DNA of 63,806 nt, the filler included, from Thermodesulfobacteriota bacterium (GTDB lineage Bacteria > DASVDK01): assembly GCA_036381125.1 (NCBI GenBank). It is 6 parts of 6 records of this genome, joined end to end, with 100 filler letters (N's around TTAATTAATTAA, not from the genome) between each part and the next. Parts side by side here need not be neighbours in the genome. Positions count along the whole stretch, not along the records: positions 61,504 to 63,806 come from DASVDK010000195.1; 5 more parts are not named here. One strand, 5' to 3'. Position numbers and translations under genes: made by a program. A model generated the notes under the pieces. The model was given only the letters and a program-made list of their open reading frames with translations. It did not search any database and was not told where the DNA came from. Shown here in pieces: positions 62,204 to 63,806 of the stretch (positions within the stretch are counted from its first letter, which is position 1; each line of letters begins with the position of its first letter).

Positions 62204-63727
62204 GTGTTGCTGCTCATCGTGTTCGGATCCGGTGCGGTGCTGATGGCGCTCGAGATCGTCGGCAGTCGCGTCGTGGCGCCGCAGTTCGGCTCGTCCATCT
62301 TCGTCTGGGGCAGCCTCATCAGCGTGTTCCTGGGCGGCCTGTCGGTGGGGTACTACATCGGCGGCCGGCTCGCGGACCGGTGGCCGAGCTACCGGCTCCT
62401 CGCGTGCCTCTTCGTGCCCCCGGCCGCGTGGATCCTCGCGCTGCCCGCGGCGGCGACGCCGATCGGTGAGGCGGTCCTCGCGGCCGATCTCGGGGCCGAC
62501 TGGGGGGCGCTGGTCGTCACCACCGTGCTGTTCCTGTTCCCCAGCACGTGGCTCGGCCTGGTCTCGCCCTTCGCCATCCGGCTGGCCGCCCGCAGCGTGG
62601 CCACGGTGGGCAACACGGCCGGCCTCCTCTACGCGGTGTCCACCGCCGGCAGCATCGCCGGGACCCTCGGCACGGCCTTCTTCCTCATCCCGACCTTCGG
62701 GACGCGGGCGATCCTCTACGGGCTCGGCGCGTCGCTCGTCGTCCTCGGGGGGCTTGCCGGGCTCACGGCGCTCGCCGAGGCCTCCGCGCCGGAGCGGTCG
62801 CGCGCGGGCGGCAAGGCGGCCGCGGCGGGGCTCGCGCTCGCGGCGCTGATCGCCGTGCCCGCGACGGCGGCGGCGCGCGAGAAGATCCTCTTCGAGAAGG
62901 ACTCGGCGTACCACCGGATCATCGTCTACGAGGACGGCGACAGCCGGATCCTGAGGTTCAACCAGTCGCGCCAGAGCGGCATGTACCTGTCGGACCCGTA
63001 TCGGCTCCGGTTCCTGTACACCGAGTACGCGAGCCTGCCGCTCGTGCTCAAGCCGGACGCCAGGTCGGTCGCGTTCATCGGCCTCGGAGGCGGCTCGCTC
63101 CCGAAGAAGTATCGGAAGGACTACCCGTCGCTGATGATCGACGTCGCGGAGATCGACCCCGAGGTCGTGGACGTGGCCAGGCGGTTCTTCGGGTTCCGCG
63201 AGGACGACCGCCTGCGGGTTGCCACCGAGGACGGGCGGGTCTTCCTCACGCGTCGGCGGGACGCGCGGTACGACTACGTCTTCGTCGACGCGTACTATTC
63301 GGACGCCATCCCGTTCCACATGACCACGGTCGAGTTCCTCGCCCTGGTGAAGCGGCGGCTCTCGCCGGACGGCGTGGTGGCCTGGAACATCATCGGAGCC
63401 CTCAACGGCCCGCGCAGCCGCCTCTTCCGATCGGTCTACAAGACCTTCCAGGCCAACTTCCCGCAGGTGTACGTCTTCCCGGTCGGCGGGGCGTCGGCCT
63501 TCGAGGGTGGCGCGCTCGGCAACATCCTCGTGGTTGGCTCGCAGTCCATGGCCCGCCTCTCGCGCGACGCCTTCGTCGAGCGCGCCCGCACGCTCGAGGC
63601 GGACGGCACCGTGAAGGGACCGGTCGGCCGCCACGCCACGACGCTGTTCACCGGCGTCATCCCCACGGACGACGTCCCGGTCCTGACGGATGACTACGCG
63701 CCGGTCGACAGCCTCTTGCACTTCTAG
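62204..63727 (+). CDS. Fused membrane domain/spermidine synthase-like methyltransferase
   Basis: TM N-terminus (M.LEI...R, G.LYA.ST.GSI.G), IGLGGGS, EIDP.V, DAY, LTDDYAP. Confidence 0.88.
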   Translation: MLLLIVFGSGAVLMALEIVGSRVVAPQFGSSIFVWGSLISVFLGGLSVGYYIGGRLADRWPSYRLLACLFVPPAAWILALPAAATPIGEAVLAADLGADWGALVVTTVLFLFPSTWLGLVSPFAIRLAARSVATVGNTAGLLYAVSTAGSIAGTLGTAFFLIPTFGTRAILYGLGASLVVLGGLAGLTALAEASAPERSRAGGKAAAAGLALAALIAVPATAAAREKILFEKDSAYHRIIVYEDGDSRILRFNQSRQSGMYLSDPYRLRFLYTEYASLPLVLKPDARSVAFIGLGGGSLPKKYRKDYPSLMIDVAEIDPEVVDVARRFFGFREDDRLRVATEDGRVFLTRRRDARYDYVFVDAYYSDAIPFHMTTVEFLALVKRRLSPDGVVAWNIIGALNGPRSRLFRSVYKTFQANFPQVYVFPVGGASAFEGGALGNILVVGSQSMARLSRDAFVERARTLEADGTVKGPVGRHATTLFTGVIPTDDVPVLTDDYAPVDSLLHF

Positions 63728-63735
63728 CCGCGCCG

Positions 63736-63757
63736 CGGAGGGAGCGACCTCCGCGCG
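63736..63757 (+). terminator. GC hairpin after stop (no U-tract)
   Basis: cgcggagg-gagcga-cctccgcg. Confidence 0.35.
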
Positions 63758-63806
63758 GGCTCCAGGGGGATCAGGTGGCAGATACGACTCGTGACGTTCG
63801 CAAAGT

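Overview
GC-rich bacterial, probably metagenomic, window made of six contigs joined by 100-bp N/TTAATTAATTAA spacers (contigs 1-18099, 18200-27929, 28030-33016, 33117-48031, 48132-61403, 61504-63806). Most content is housekeeping, transport and catabolism: a GGT + peptide-ABC operon, an IclR-linked catabolic cluster, nadE, nucleotide-sugar genes, serA/serC/ilvC/menE/menB, Tct, fluC, Fe3+ ABC, larE, pxpBC, cinA, ddl, uppP. Main points of interest: (1) a 474-aa LAGLIDADG intein inside a UDP-glucuronate decarboxylase; (2) a lower-GC island (about 52070-56420) with two attC-like sites but no integrase, carrying an XRE-ImmA/IrrE + DUF4411(PIN) pair and a frameshifted nuclease-like gene, next to a frameshifted RAYT-type HUH transposase preceded by a purine-rich tandem array; (3) several small dispersed or tandem repeat families (25-bp CCTGACCCC units, about 90-bp GCGAAGC-hairpin units, a 21-bp triplet); (4) serC with no canonical start codon, an internally deleted maa gene and an orphan B12-box. 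Family assignments come from motif recognition only; no database search was run.
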